The notes below the pieces were generated by a model. That model did no database searches and was not told the DNA's origin. It saw only the letters and a list, made by a program, of their open reading frames with translations. A program made the translations under genes and the position numbers. Below, piece after piece: positions 47,330 through 59,490 of a stretch of DNA of 64,000 nt; within the stretch, counting starts at the first letter, position 1; each line of letters opens with the position of its first letter. This DNA comes from Psammoneis japonica (taxonomy: Eukaryota), in contig QPGO01000089.1 in the NCBI GenBank assembly GCA_008632985.1, positions 186,001 through 250,000 on the forward strand. Direction: 5' to 3'.

Positions 47330-50300
47330 TTACTGTTTGGCTTCGGGCATGGATCTCTGAACGCTGGTGATGCGATCTCCCAAACTCAGAGCAATGCCTT
47401 GTGTCTTGGAACGAATCCGTATGTACCCAGCCAACTTGCCGTCATTGTCGTCTTTCTTCTCGACCGAAACATTAACGAGGGCGTCTTCACCAAAGACACT
47501 ACAAAAATAACAAAAGCACGCTTGTGTTAGTTGACGAATCAAAGACTATGAAACTCGAGTTGTATCAGCAAATAGACATGATACACAAATGCGATAAAGG
47601 TACGCGTAAGGACTGATCCCACACGGGCCCGCTCTCGTGCTTGCAATACAGTGCTGAATGCGTCACAAGGCACCTTGTCGGTGCTGACAGTTTCGCGAGA
47701 AGTTTCTTTCTCCCAGTATTAACAGACACTGCTCATGAAAAGGCGTGCAACGCAGTATCCAACACGAAACCGGGAAATAATCGACAAACGCATCGAGAAC
47801 AAGCAATGTCTTACCTTCTTGCATAGAGGTTGGCGGCAAGGAAGCTTCCCGTTTCAGACGTGTCGTGCGGAGTGAGGCAACGCATGTTGGTCGATTCGAC
47901 AATGTGATTGAGAAAATCCAACAAGTTGGGAATAGAGGTTGAAATGGCCACCTTGTTTTCCCATTCAAACTCGGCCCACATGGATCGAAAGGCTTCGTCG
48001 GTACAAGTTGCGGGGCGAATGTAATCCATAATGTCCATGTGAATATCATTGAGATTGATGTATCCCTTCTCCCGAGTCGCCGTGTCTTCGTAGACAATGG
48101 TTCCAAAGATGTGCCCCGTCTCAGTGGAGGAGACCTTGATGGAGGCGCGGACGGTGATCTGATCGAGAGGGCCAATATTCTGAGACTGCGGGCGTTCGAC
48201 AATCTTCATGTCACCCATTGTGGCTAGCTCCACTGTCAAGTTGGCTAGTGTGTTGGGAGTACGATTGATGACCAGAATCTCCAAGACAATGTCATAATCA
48301 TGGACCGTGACAAAGGCCTCCGCATATACATTATCCGCAAACCCACTGAGTTGGTAGACATGATTCAGTTCGGAACTAAGCAAATCGTTGGCACCGGCAT
48401 ACCCAGTGGCACGTTCCAAATCGTCTCCGTCATCAAGGTCGACATCACCACCCTGAACAGCCATGGAACGCAACTGACGAAAGTGGATCAAGTCGTCAGG
48501 CTGTGCCGTGACGAGTTTGCCTGCATCGTCCTCGCCGTCGGCCGAAGCATCTTTGGTTTCTTTCTCCTTGAGCGTCTTGAGAAACTGGGCAAACGTTGCC
48601 TTGCCATCGTTCAGGAGAGTATCCTTGAGTAAAATACAAGCCTTGGGGTCCAATAGCGCACGGCAGCATAGTGTAATGCGTTCCGAACAATCAGCCACGG
48701 CGGGACGCTGAGCTGAAACACTAGCCTCGGCCATTTTGACTACACCGCACATGATAAGCAGCGTATCGGAAGTCATTTTCTTAATCGCCAATTGGTCCAT
48801 TTGAGGCAAGTCCGTAGCCCTCAAACACAACTTGGTGAGGCAGGAAGCTAGAATGGTTCCCAAGAAGACATCACCACCAATCACCATCTTGCGCAAATGA
48901 GGGGTATTATCCGACTCGTCTGGACGAACGGCTTCGGAGTAGACAGTCTGGGTTGCATAAGTACCATCGGCCAACACAACGTTCTTAGTGATCATTTTGG
49001 GAGCCTCTCCTTCTTCGTGCTTCTCTTCATGACTCTCTTCCTTGGCAATCAAGAATGGGGTAGGGCCTAACTGTTCCGATATGGTTTCAAAGGCCTCCAC
49101 AATAGTTTCCTCCGTATCCGAGTATTCACCCAAGATCCAAAGGCATACGCACATAACGTTGCTAGAGGAAATGTCCTCGACTGAACCCAACAACTTGGGC
49201 AAGATAGATCCTCGCAGTGCCGGGTACTGTTCAACAATAGCTCTGACAAAAATAGCAACCTGCATACCACCATCCGTGGCTAAAAAGTCCATGAGGGTAA
49301 AAACAACCGACTCGGCAACATTGGGGAATCGCACGGCGCATCCGTGAATGGCTCGAATCAGCATATTCCGGTAGGCCATGCCCTTTGCTTCCGCCATGGT
49401 GGAGTCCTGCTCCTGAGCAGTCTTGGCAACCTCGCGCTTGAGCGTCGATACCACATCAGCGACGTTACGAGGGGTCACAATGTCCATGGCCACATCGAGT
49501 ACCTTCTTGCAAATATCAGCACTCGGGGAGCTGAGCGCGCGAAGAATATCCATGAGCAACTCCTGCAAGATCTTGCAGTGACGAGTCTTGAGGTCTTCCA
49601 ACCGCTCAAGAACAATGAGCTTGACATTGTTGTCGTTCTTGCTATTCAACAAGTTTGTATACGTGACGGCGGCAGCCCGAATAGCAGTGGGAGCGGAAGA
49701 AAGCGACACTAGAGTCCAAGCTGCCTCGTAGGACACGGCAGCAGACGTGCTGGAAAGCATCTGAAACAAGACGCGGACAAATCGTGACTTTTGGGTAGGG
49801 TCACGACGACAGACCTTACGAGTAAGTTCCAGAACGAGCAAGGCGAATCCATCTCCATACTTGCCCACGTCATCCATGTTTTGGGCCAAGAACTGAATGG
49901 CCAAATCCTCCGACTGATTGAAAAGCATGAGAAAGGCGTTTCTCCTGGCAGCCACATCTGTTTCGGCTTGGAGGAATTCGTACATAAGCTCTGGTCCATC
50001 GGGAATCAAGTGCTCTCCAAACAGCTTGTGAGCGTGAAATACGGCAAGCGCCGCGTTCTTACGGACGTATTGATGGCGGTGTTCGAGACACGCCTTGATG
50101 GATGGGATGAGCGGACCGAGAATCTCCTCATCCTTCACCTTGCAAAGAAAGCGAAGCATACTGCCTCGTACGTATTCATTCGGATGATTTAAATCATTCA
50201 TAAGTGCATTACACACCAAGAGCATTTCTGGAAGCATCTTACGCTGAACCGGGGGACCTCCTGCAGCAGCCGCCAGCACTTGATCGGATGTTGGTTCTTG

Positions 50301-50686
50301 GTACTTGGGCACAACCTCCCAGTAAAGCATGCACACTTTTTCAATTGCTTATCCTGAGAATTGATACAGAACCGAATCACCTGCATAAGGACTCGAGGCA
50401 TAGGCTCTCCACCGAGCATTGCCATGATTGCAGCTTTGAGAGCGTGCTTCTTGACCTACGAGGAAAACGGCATGTTTCACAGCAGACACACGAGTTGAGA
50501 CTCTGCGTACAATTCACGTAGAAACTGGTACTAAAGATACACGCTGGATACCACCGCACTCACATTGTCGTCATGACTCTCCAAATCCTTCATGATTTCA
50601 TCTTCCGACGGCAATCCACCGGCTGTCACATCAGATGCCAACGTAAAGGTACAATACGATTCATTGCTATTGGTTGGGGCCGGCAT
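47330..50686 (-). CDS. COPB1: Coatomer subunit beta (exons 50686-50564, 50455-47815, 47498-47330) with one apparent 1-bp frameshift near 50338
   Basis: DLNHPNEYVRGSMLRFLCK, LEHRHQYVRKNA, VLADGTYATQ, QLSGFADNVYAEA, FRSMWAEFEWENKV, ARSVFGEDAL, RIRSKTQGIALSLGD. Confidence 0.95.
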
Positions 50687-51066
50687 GGTCGCTCCAAACT
50701 GTTGTCTTTGCAGTGCGGCTGTTGTGTGTGATGATGACAATGTCTCGAGGGCAGCCAAAAAGACCGGTACAGTACAAATCAACGTAAACTTCTACGGTGA
50801 ATGCTTTTCTGATGAAAATGCGATTCATGTCATTCCGGATTCCATGACATTTTTGTGACTGCTTGTCTGTCTTTGGGTGATTGAGTGTGTGACTTCCATG
50901 GCGGGAAATCCTGACCCTGCCTGACGTTCAAGTTCGCGGTGTCACTTTTTTCTTTGTTGCTGCATGTCGTTGTTCTTGTTGCTTGGAAAGCCGTCAGACG
51001 AACACCGAGACGATATTGTCTTCTCTCACAAGTTAAATTTCTTTCACAGTTACTTACTCATTGACC

Positions 51067-51774
51067 ATGCCGTCCATGGAGAAACTCAAGGAGGTGCAAG
51101 CCCGAACGGGCGTGTACATGGCTATTTATCTCGTGATTCATTTCGCTTGCCACTTTACGCTTCCGCTTGGACTGGATGTTGCCAATTCAAACTTGCATTT
51201 CTTCCGCCACTTGTATCAACACAAGCTCTTCGAGTCACTCATGCTGTTGAGCTTCTGTGGGCATGTCTATTCCAATGTCGGTCTCTACCTCAAGCGCAAA
51301 GACTTGGCAAAGAACAAAAAGGACGGGGCTGAGCTCCCCAACACCAGCTCCGAGCGAAAGGCTCATCGATACGCCGGATACTTTTTGGCAATCTCCATAT
51401 TTGGGCATGTCGGAGCGACACGTATTGGACCAATCTTTGTTTTAAAGGAGGACGCGTCCCAGTATGACTATGGCTTTGTCGCCAAGGCGAATGAATTGCT
51501 CCCCGGCGACTTTTTTCTAGTTTATTTGGTTTTATTTGGAATGGCGGGTGGATGGCACATGATTTACGGAGTAAGGAGTGCCTTGGCCACCTTTCGGGGA
51601 AAGTCTGTTGCCGGAAAGCCCTTTCCCATGGCACTCAAAGTCCTGGCCATGCTGAGTCATATTGGCATTCTCCTCGCCGCACTCTCTCTCGGGGGATACC
51701 TTTATCCGATTGGGCATACGCAAGAAGAGTCGGAAGTGCACGACAAGCTGTTTTCAGCAATGGGGATGCATTAG
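51067..51774 (+). CDS. Multi-pass membrane protein with conserved His residues (DUF1691/Mcp1-like, possible heme binder)
   Basis: Five hydrophobic helices carrying IHFACH, GHVYS, AHRYAGYFL..GHVGATR and WHMIYG. Confidence 0.7.
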   Translation: MPSMEKLKEVQARTGVYMAIYLVIHFACHFTLPLGLDVANSNLHFFRHLYQHKLFESLMLLSFCGHVYSNVGLYLKRKDLAKNKKDGAELPNTSSERKAHRYAGYFLAISIFGHVGATRIGPIFVLKEDASQYDYGFVAKANELLPGDFFLVYLVLFGMAGGWHMIYGVRSALATFRGKSVAGKPFPMALKVLAMLSHIGILLAALSLGGYLYPIGHTQEESEVHDKLFSAMGMH

Positions 51775-52124
51775 AAGAAATGAGGCAAGTGGATTTGTTT
51801 ACTTCTGAAGTTTAGGATGGAGCTAAACTAGTATTGCTGAACTGGTGACGGACGAGTTTGATTGTCGTGTTTATGTATCAGGAAGACTTTTTAATTATCG
51901 AGATATTGCGCTTAACCAATATTTCCTTTTTTAGTTGGAGTCTTTGTCACGAACGTTTTATGTGTGAGACTGACCTATACATCATTCATGATTCAACCTT
52001 GCAACACATGAGTTCCAAGAGATGCCGCTACTAGAGGGCCCTCTAGAGAGAGTTTAGGCAACCAGCATATACAGTAACCGTGTTTTCAGCACATGCAGGA
52101 CCGTTGAAAGAGCACACCTGGAGC

Positions 52125-52524
52125 TGTCTCATGCTGGTGAAATATCTGCTACTTTTTAACGATCTAGCGAAAACAAGTAGCGTGAACAGGAAGCAGCGAC
52201 TATGCGGTATCTCAGTTTCTTTGTCAACTCCAAGCTTCTGATCCCAACTTCTCTCGGCAAACATGACTATCTGCCAGATGACCCGGTGCAGCTGGCGACT
52301 TCATAACGTGCGGCAGTTCGTAAATCGCTCCAACAACAATTTGCATTGCTTTGCTATTGAGAAACGCTGGCGCTTCAGAACCATGTTGGTGCTCGTTTGC
52401 TTAGCTGCAGTCAAGCCGAATCATAAACGGACGCATTAGGCCCACATAGTCGAGCGAGATACGCCACAATTAAAGACCCTTGCGAGGGGCATAGGGACTG
52501 CGCCCATTACTCAATGCAAATTCA
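52125..52524. repeat. Diverged duplicated segment A (partner 57028-57349)
   Basis: Shared TGTCTCATGCTGGTG.AATATCTGCT, CATGACTATCTGCCAGATGA, TTCATAACGTGCGGCAGTTC and GTCAAGCCGA. Confidence 0.8.
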
Positions 52525-52857
52525 AGCCATCAACGGTCCCAGCGCCATTCATGTTCCGAATGATGGTCCAAGGACATGACAACTACGAGCACACCGTAGC
52601 TGACACATTCCATGGGCAATTGCAACTACCAAATGATTGACAGGCTCCTTAGCTGCAAGCATCCAATGGTAGTTACTACCTCAAATCTTCGTCAGAGTTG
52701 AGTTGCGGGTGTTGCTCTGACAGAGAAATGCTGCACCTCGTTCTACGTTCGTTCCAATAAAAGGACTATCTCTCAAAGTAGATACAAAGAGAAATTATAC
52801 ACATTATAAATTATGAGCATACATACCTTGCTTACCTTACCTATTTCTTCACTTCCC

Positions 52858-53934
52858 TCACCAGTTGACAAGTTGTTCCATCGAGACAACCGTGATTCTT
52901 CCAAACATGGAATCGACTCGCTGTTCAACCGACTTGATAAGAAACTTTGTGCCTGGCCGAAACAATACTTCACATTCATGCTGATTCTTTTTGAGTGCCA
53001 TCGCTTTTATGTCCAAGCCCGTCTTGCTATCAATCTCGAAGAGAGTATTGCAGCCGCCTTCACCGGTGATGAAGCTTTTGCACTTTTCCTTCTTGCGAGA
53101 TGAACTCAAAAAGGCTGGGTCGGAAAAGGTGCCACCAGGCTTCAACGAATTGTATAAATCTTGCGATAGCTCCGTACCACGATACACAACACCATTGAAG
53201 GAGTTCAGCTTTGGACAGTGTTGGAGGGCGTGATCCACGTCGCTGGCTCGTGACTTCAACAATTCGGGATTCAACATCGTTTGTTGACCACGAAGGAACT
53301 TGTTAATCTCCGAGTACCCCGAGCCTGTGTAATCCTGGATCGCAAGCTTATCCGCTTTGTCTTGCCGACGCTTCTTCGTTGTATGCAGTCTCTTGATATC
53401 TTTGTAAACCTTCTTCATCAAGATGGCTCGTGACTCGACGCGTATCTTCTTTTCTCGTACGAAATCTTGAACGGCTCGGCACAACTGGATTCTTTCAGCA
53501 ATCTTGCAACGACATTCCAACAGAATCATGATCCATCTGAGAGGGAAAGTGGGACAGTATGGTACGATCTGCATAGAAGAGAACGAAGGAGAAACAGAAT
53601 CGGTGAGTCGTAAAGTTTGAGGAAAATTGCAAGAATCAGCGACGACCCTCTGAGCCACTACAAGAGAAGAACTCAAGCCAGGCGAGAGTGTAGTAGTCAG
53701 CGAATGTCTCATTCCGAATCCCATGGGGACCGTCATGATGGTGGGTAACTGAACAAACACCAAATGTTGCCCACCAGCGATCGATGCAAAAGGACGCTGC
53801 TGCCGAGTCACGAAAACCGCAGCAGCAAGCACAGTTCTTTGTTGTGGGTCATGAACTGCAATACCCATCACGCCAGAACGAAGCTGGGTGCAAAAGCGAG
53901 AGCGCATGTATCGAGTTGATAGCATAAAAAGCAT
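52858..53934 (-). CDS. VIP2/C3/ARTC-type mono-ADP-ribosyltransferase (R-S-ExE)
   Basis: AIQDYTGSGYSEINKFLRG, VVYRGT, PAFLSSSR, LFEI, HECEVLFRPGTKF; single intact ORF; true start codon uncertain. Confidence 0.88.
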   Translation of the reverse strand: MLFMLSTRYMRSRFCTQLRSGVMGIAVHDPQQRTVLAAAVFVTRQQRPFASIAGGQHLVFVQLPTIMTVPMGFGMRHSLTTTLSPGLSSSLVVAQRVVADSCNFPQTLRLTDSVSPSFSSMQIVPYCPTFPLRWIMILLECRCKIAERIQLCRAVQDFVREKKIRVESRAILMKKVYKDIKRLHTTKKRRQDKADKLAIQDYTGSGYSEINKFLRGQQTMLNPELLKSRASDVDHALQHCPKLNSFNGVVYRGTELSQDLYNSLKPGGTFSDPAFLSSSRKKEKCKSFITGEGGCNTLFEIDSKTGLDIKAMALKKNQHECEVLFRPGTKFLIKSVEQRVDSMFGRITVVSMEQLVNW

Positions 53935-55043
53935 AACTGCAATAGCAAGGGGTACAACCGTAACTCTACAACGAGCAAGAGGATTGTGAGAGCTTCAGCA
54001 GCAGAACTGATTTTGCCGATCTGCGCCGTGATGGCCTTTGGTCGGATTGCTTGTGGTACTGGTTCTACGTATTTCTACGCAGTGATTTTTGAAACTGTAG
54101 GTTTGCCCTCCATTTCCACGCTCGCCAAAAGTGGGTTGCTCGAGGTAGGTTCGATCAAAATTTTGTCGTGAAATGAGGTTCGTTTGAAAAAAGTTAATCG
54201 GAAACTGCTACTTGCGAATGTGTGGGTTTCGGGCGTCACCCAGACGTAGGAGCGAGGTGACCGCCTGATGGATGCTTGACGACACCATTCTACCGTATAT
54301 GGATTTGTAGCAAAAATAGACGAGTAGCTGTTGAGCTACATGGAGCCGTCCGATGTCTAGGCTCACTGAGCAGTCTAGCTTCTAAGAAAATGGCGGGGCT
54401 AGAGTAGAAGTAAAGTAACAACCCAGTACGATGACATTATAGTAAATACGAGACGTTTCCCCTATTCTCTGTTGTCATACTATGCTTCTTCTTCCACAGA
54501 CCTTTCAAGTTTCAAGCTGTTATTGGTCCAACCGTTTTGAAGCCTAAGTCATAATGAAGTATACTGTTGGCACCAAAGCTCGACACACCGCTGACCGTCA
54601 AGCCTCACCAAAACATCGTTCGATAGACTGACTCCTTGACCCATCGCATGAAAATAAATTCAAGAGAAGTACAGAAATCGCGATGAAGCATTTGAGATGA
54701 ATCATGATATTATAACCCCCACCACGCTAAACACTCGATGCAAGGCAAAGTGCGTATTCTCTAGATACCTACTTAGTCCAAAACCGAATCCAAGACTTAT
54801 ACCGGTAGTCCAATTCGAATCTGAGCCTTTACAAAGATTGAATAAAACAACAAACAGCCGACAAAAGCAAAAGAAGCAAAGAAGGGTTGATGGTGGCACA
54901 GGATGGCATTGGCTCGTGACTTTCGACTGTTTCCTTGGTGTTGATTATTGGTTCAAATTCAGGGTAAAGTGGCGGCTCCGTCGGTGCTGTCGGCTTTGGC
55001 AAGGATTCTTCTTCCTCTTCCACCAACGTGATGTTGCCATTTA

Positions 55044-55891
55044 GACACTCGTGAGGGCATTACACCTGCGCCCATTTCTCAAAGCAAAATTTCAGATACT
55101 TCCCTAGGTGGCAATGGCGATGTATGGGTTGTCTCGAAGCACAAAGAAGTACGGGCATCACGCCTTTATGTCGAGAGCAAGACCTGACTTATCCATGCTG
55201 CAGCCGTCGTTGCTGACATGACTTTCAGGCCTACCGTATGCTCACTCGTGCAAATGTATCTGCTCGCAAGGTTTGGACCAACTGTAGATCTATCAAATTC
55301 GAAAAAAGGTTCCTCCCCGCGTATTTCTCGTTTTCTCGTCACCACAACGGGTGCAACTCCTTAAAAATCCATCAACGAACACCCAAACCTATGAAAATCT
55401 CTGTCCGTAAGTTTGGCCCTAGAGTGTCCATCGGCCGAGTTCGAATCAACGTTGGCCCCGCGTATTTCTTGTTTGTCTCGCTACCGCAACGGGCTTCACC
55501 TCGAAAGAGTTCTCAATGCAACACCCAAACTGACGAACAAAACTTGATCGTCGGGGTGGAACTGAGGTCGGTGCTATGCATACGGAGCCAACGTCCAACA
55601 AGAGTCCACGAACACACTTAATTTCACAGAATCCCTAATATGCATAGAAGTACGACATCCCGTTCCTGTATCCGAATTCGAGCATCTTCTCATTGTTAGA
55701 AGAGCTTGTCAAACTCGCACACAAGTGCCTGACATACATCATGTCGTTCACGGGGCGACACATGACCATGGACCGTCCGTAGTCGGAACAGCAGCAGAGT
55801 TGCCCATCACAGGATGAATTTACGCCTCCACGGTTAATCTGCCATTCATTGTCGCTCATCATTGCAAACTAGAAGATGTCCATCTCGAACA
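55044..55891. repeat. Diverged duplicated segment B (partner 57350-58094)
   Basis: Shared TACTTCCCT.GGTGGCAA, GTCGAGAGCAAGACCTGA, TTTCAGGCCTACCGTAT, CCGTCCGTAGTCGGAACA and GAAGATGTCCATCTCGAACA. Confidence 0.8.
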
Positions 55892-57027
55892 TGGGGACTT
55901 TTGCCTGCCTTTGCGAGCATGCTCTTCCGGTAGAACCACGAGTCGCTACTGCAAATCGAGAAACGATGATTTCGTCCCAATAGGGACTATCCCCGTCCAG
56001 TAGCCTTCATTGGATAATGACGAACAGCTGGCATGCCCACTGCCTACACGCTCATGTGGTGCTGAGCCATAGTAGCCTGATTCCAATGAACAGTATTTGG
56101 AATTGCTTCACTGTATGGTAAAGCTTTATCAATGCGTGAAATCTGCAGATAGCTCCGCAAAATCTTGTCTACGCACGAGTGTCTGGTCGAAAGCAACAAT
56201 TCCACCATGTTCTCTATCACCTTCCTCACCAAAATACTTGGAATGAGTCGGCGTTGACAACGACGTGCTGCCCTATCCCGGCAGACGGATCGCTTATCAT
56301 TGCCTGCAGCAGTAGCAAGAGAAGATTCGAAGATGCTTCAGGCCAACCTTAGAGTCAATTTGCACTAGCCACTGGCGAAAGATATCTGCAAGACCCGTTT
56401 TCCATCCCTGAAAGTATGTAGATTTTGTGCCCACCCTGCAATGAAGAGTATCCTTCTGAATATTTCCAGTCGCGTCCCATTTCAGACTCACAGGGCCACA
56501 CAGCAGGTAGGAGGAGACCTGGAATATAAGCCTCATAGAACGAGGAGATCATTTACAGAAGCCGAGCCTTCGGGACACGCCCCACGCTTTGCCCATCGCC
56601 CCACGAGCCCTACTGTAGTTTCAACGTAGTCGTACTACCCCTTGTGCGTCCAGTCAAAACTTGTAGCTGCAATGTTCAGCACTCCGTTATTGTATGAGAA
56701 AAACAAATCAATTTCAGTCTTGAAGCAACATTATTGTCATTGCGTTCGAGGATTGCATGAACAGCACCTCAAAGAAGAGAATACAACGAGCAGACGATGC
56801 TTCTAAGCAATCTAGCCACTGGTGTAGCACTTGAGAAGCCTGGACAAGAGCGGAGGCAATTCCAAGAATAATCGCGAAAAATCAAGCTCACGAGTTCCTT
56901 GACAATCGGAAGACCAAGGGATACCGCTGGCAACAGCAGTAATCGTGCTTTCTGTACAAGAACGACCCTTGAAACAGCCCGTCTGCAGCAGGAACCATTC
57001 CCATTGAAATGCCCATGGGCATTTGTC

Positions 57028-58094
57028 TGTCTCATGCTGGTGGAATATCTGCTTCTTTGACGTCTAGCGACAACTCGTAGCGTCTCCAGGAAGCAACGCC
57101 TGTGCGGTATCTTTGTTATTTCTTCTGACCCAAGCTCCATTTATGAATGTCTCCGCAATCATGACTATCTGCCAGATGATCCGCTAAAGCTGCGATTTCA
57201 TAACGTGCGGCAGTTCTCAACTCTCTCCAATCACACTTGGCATTTATATGTTTTTGAGAGACGCTGGCGACTTCGGAACTATTACTAATTTGCGTAGCTG
57301 CCGTCAAGCCGATGCATGAGTGGACGCATCATACACAATCAAGCGAGATTCCAGCTACTTCCCTCGGTGGCAAAGGCCATGTGTGGCTTAGCTCAAAACA
57401 AAAAGGAGTACCTGCCATCAAACCTTTATGTCGAGAGCAAAAACACCAGTGAGATCGGCCCCACCACGGACCGGCCATCACCAAGGAGTGCGGGGCATCA
57501 AATCATTACGTCGAGAGCAAGACCTGATTTCTCCATGCAGTCGCCATTCCCCATGCATTGTGGGGAACGTTGTTGCTGGCATGGTTTCAGGCCTACCGTA
57601 TACCCACTCGTGCACATGTATCTGCCCGCAAGGTTTGGTCAAATTCGAATCATGCGGTTCCGCGCCGCGTATTTTCGTTTCTCGTCACCGCAACAGGTGC
57701 AACTCCCAAAAATCCATCAATGACACCCGAACCTACGAAAGTCTCTCTCCGCGGTCGCGTTCGAATCTACCGCCACAGGTTTCACATCCAAGAGTTCTCA
57801 ACAAGACACCACGAATAGACTTAATTTCACAGCATCTGTAAACTCGTATGCATATGAGTACGGTATCCTGTAAGCGAGTTCGACCCTGTTTAACATTGTA
57901 TGTAGGAGTTTCCCAAACTCGTACAAGTACCTGACATACATCGTGTATCGTTCACGGGGCCACACATGACCGGGTAACCGTCCGTAGTCGGAACAACAAC
58001 CGACTTGTGCATCACAGGCTGAATTAACGCCTCCATGGTTACTTCGTCATTTCCTATCATTCATCATTGCAAACTGAAGATGTCCATCTCGAAC
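57028..58094. repeat. Contiguous A'+B' copy of the duplicated unit
   Basis: Same motifs as segments A and B, joined at AAGCGAGAT|TCCAGCTACTTCCC (57349/57350). Confidence 0.8.
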
Positions 58095-58165
58095 AAGGTT
58101 CCTTTTCCTGCTCTTCAGGACTTCCTGTGCATACAAAGTTTTATTTCGTTTGTCCCACACATCAT

Positions 58166-59119
58166 TTATGACAAAACTCCAATTTCAGTATGGAAATCCA
58201 AGAACGCTTGGATGGTGCTGTCCGGTGCTTCGACCTGAGGCCAGTGTCCGATTCGCTCATCCAGCATCACAATTTTGGCACCATTGACTTCTTCCTTTAC
58301 AGCTTCGGCCAAGTGCTTACCAGAAACTGGATCAGCAGGACCATCAATGAGTAAGAAAGGATTCCCAGCTGCATAAGCCTTGAGAGCGCCTACCCATCTG
58401 TCTTGGTGTTGCTTTCGTTCGGTCATGTACTGAATGTTCTTGAGGAAAAGCTTTTCGCCTCCGTTGCATCGAACAAGGGCATAATACTCTTGAATCTCTT
58501 GATCCGTAGGCTTTGTGTCTGGACCAAAGACTTTTGATATGGATGACTTAAACAGAGAAATGCTCACAAGTATTGAAGCAAATAGCCTAAACCGGGAACA
58601 ACTAAGAGACGTTGCATTAGCGTCGGTCTGTGCACAGAGGGAAGAATACCTCCATTCAGCATACTACCGACTGGATGAAGAAACAGCAAGGGCTGCTATC
58701 ATCAAGCTGACGAGCGAGCATTTCTTGTACAAAAGTGTCGCCCAAGTCATGTGAGAGCACATGAAAATCGAGCTTTTTGTCCGCGGTGCAGTCGCCCAGT
58801 TGTTGGAGAAGCGCTTCAAGCAAATCAATTTGCTCTTCAATCGGTTTGTACTCTTTTTCGGAGAATCCATAGCCGCAAAAATCCCAACAAAACACTTCAA
58901 ACCTCTCTTCTAAGGAGAGAAATATCTTCTGAAAATCAAAGGAGGCTGTTGGATATCCATGAAGCAATAGCAGCCGCGGCTTGTTCGAAGTGCTTGCTGA
59001 GAAGAAGTCTTTGGACGCCATGAAGAAAAGATCGACTCCACAGCACTCTCAATCGATCCTCTTGCACGCCAAGCCTCAAGTCGAGGAAGCTCTGATACGG
59101 GAAGCTCAACAAGCGTCAT
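58166..59119 (-). pseudogene. MEST-like alpha/beta hydrolase with three apparent 1-bp deletions (pseudogene or assembly error)
   Basis: LEAWRARG, LLHGYPTASFDF, DFCGYGFSEK, SHDLGDTFVQE, LNGGILPSVHRPTLMQ, GPADPVSG, IGHWPQVEAP; frame breaks near 59043, 58662 and 58568. Confidence 0.8.
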
Positions 59120-59490
59120 CCTTTACGTGTATGATACTTGTGTGATTTCAATGGTGTGTTCGAGTTCGAGACGCCATGCCCCATGGACGCCATTTTTGCG
59201 GCTTCCAACGTGCGTGCGGACCCGGAGATGATTTGCCGTTTCTAGTGCGCGCCAGATGCGCGTTTTTGGTGCGCTGACTCTGCGCGTGCGTGTCACAAAG
59301 TTGTGCTGACATCATCATTCAGAATCATTCTGATTGGCTGTTCCACGTCATCTGCGTCAATCCCAAAAATGAGCTCCCTTCAAAAAATGGGAAGCGTCGA
59401 TTTCTCGTGTCACAAAACCAAAAAATGCCGCATCAAATGACGAAGTAAGAACAAACAACAGCTCAAGTCAACACATGCACAAACATCGTT

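Noticed and set aside
52250..52430. Small GTPase-like GLTAA start in duplicated segment A
   Set aside because: No GKT/S, DxxG or NKxD motifs follow
52452..55090. 9-bp target-site duplication of a Mutator-like element around the ART gene
   Set aside because: The match is degenerate, no TIRs were seen, and it is better explained by the longer direct repeat of about 50 bp
59333..59359. ATTGG plus ACGTCA/GCGTCA (CCAAT and CRE-like) motifs upstream of the LRR gene
   Set aside because: Short motifs that occur often by chance; no functional support from sequence alone
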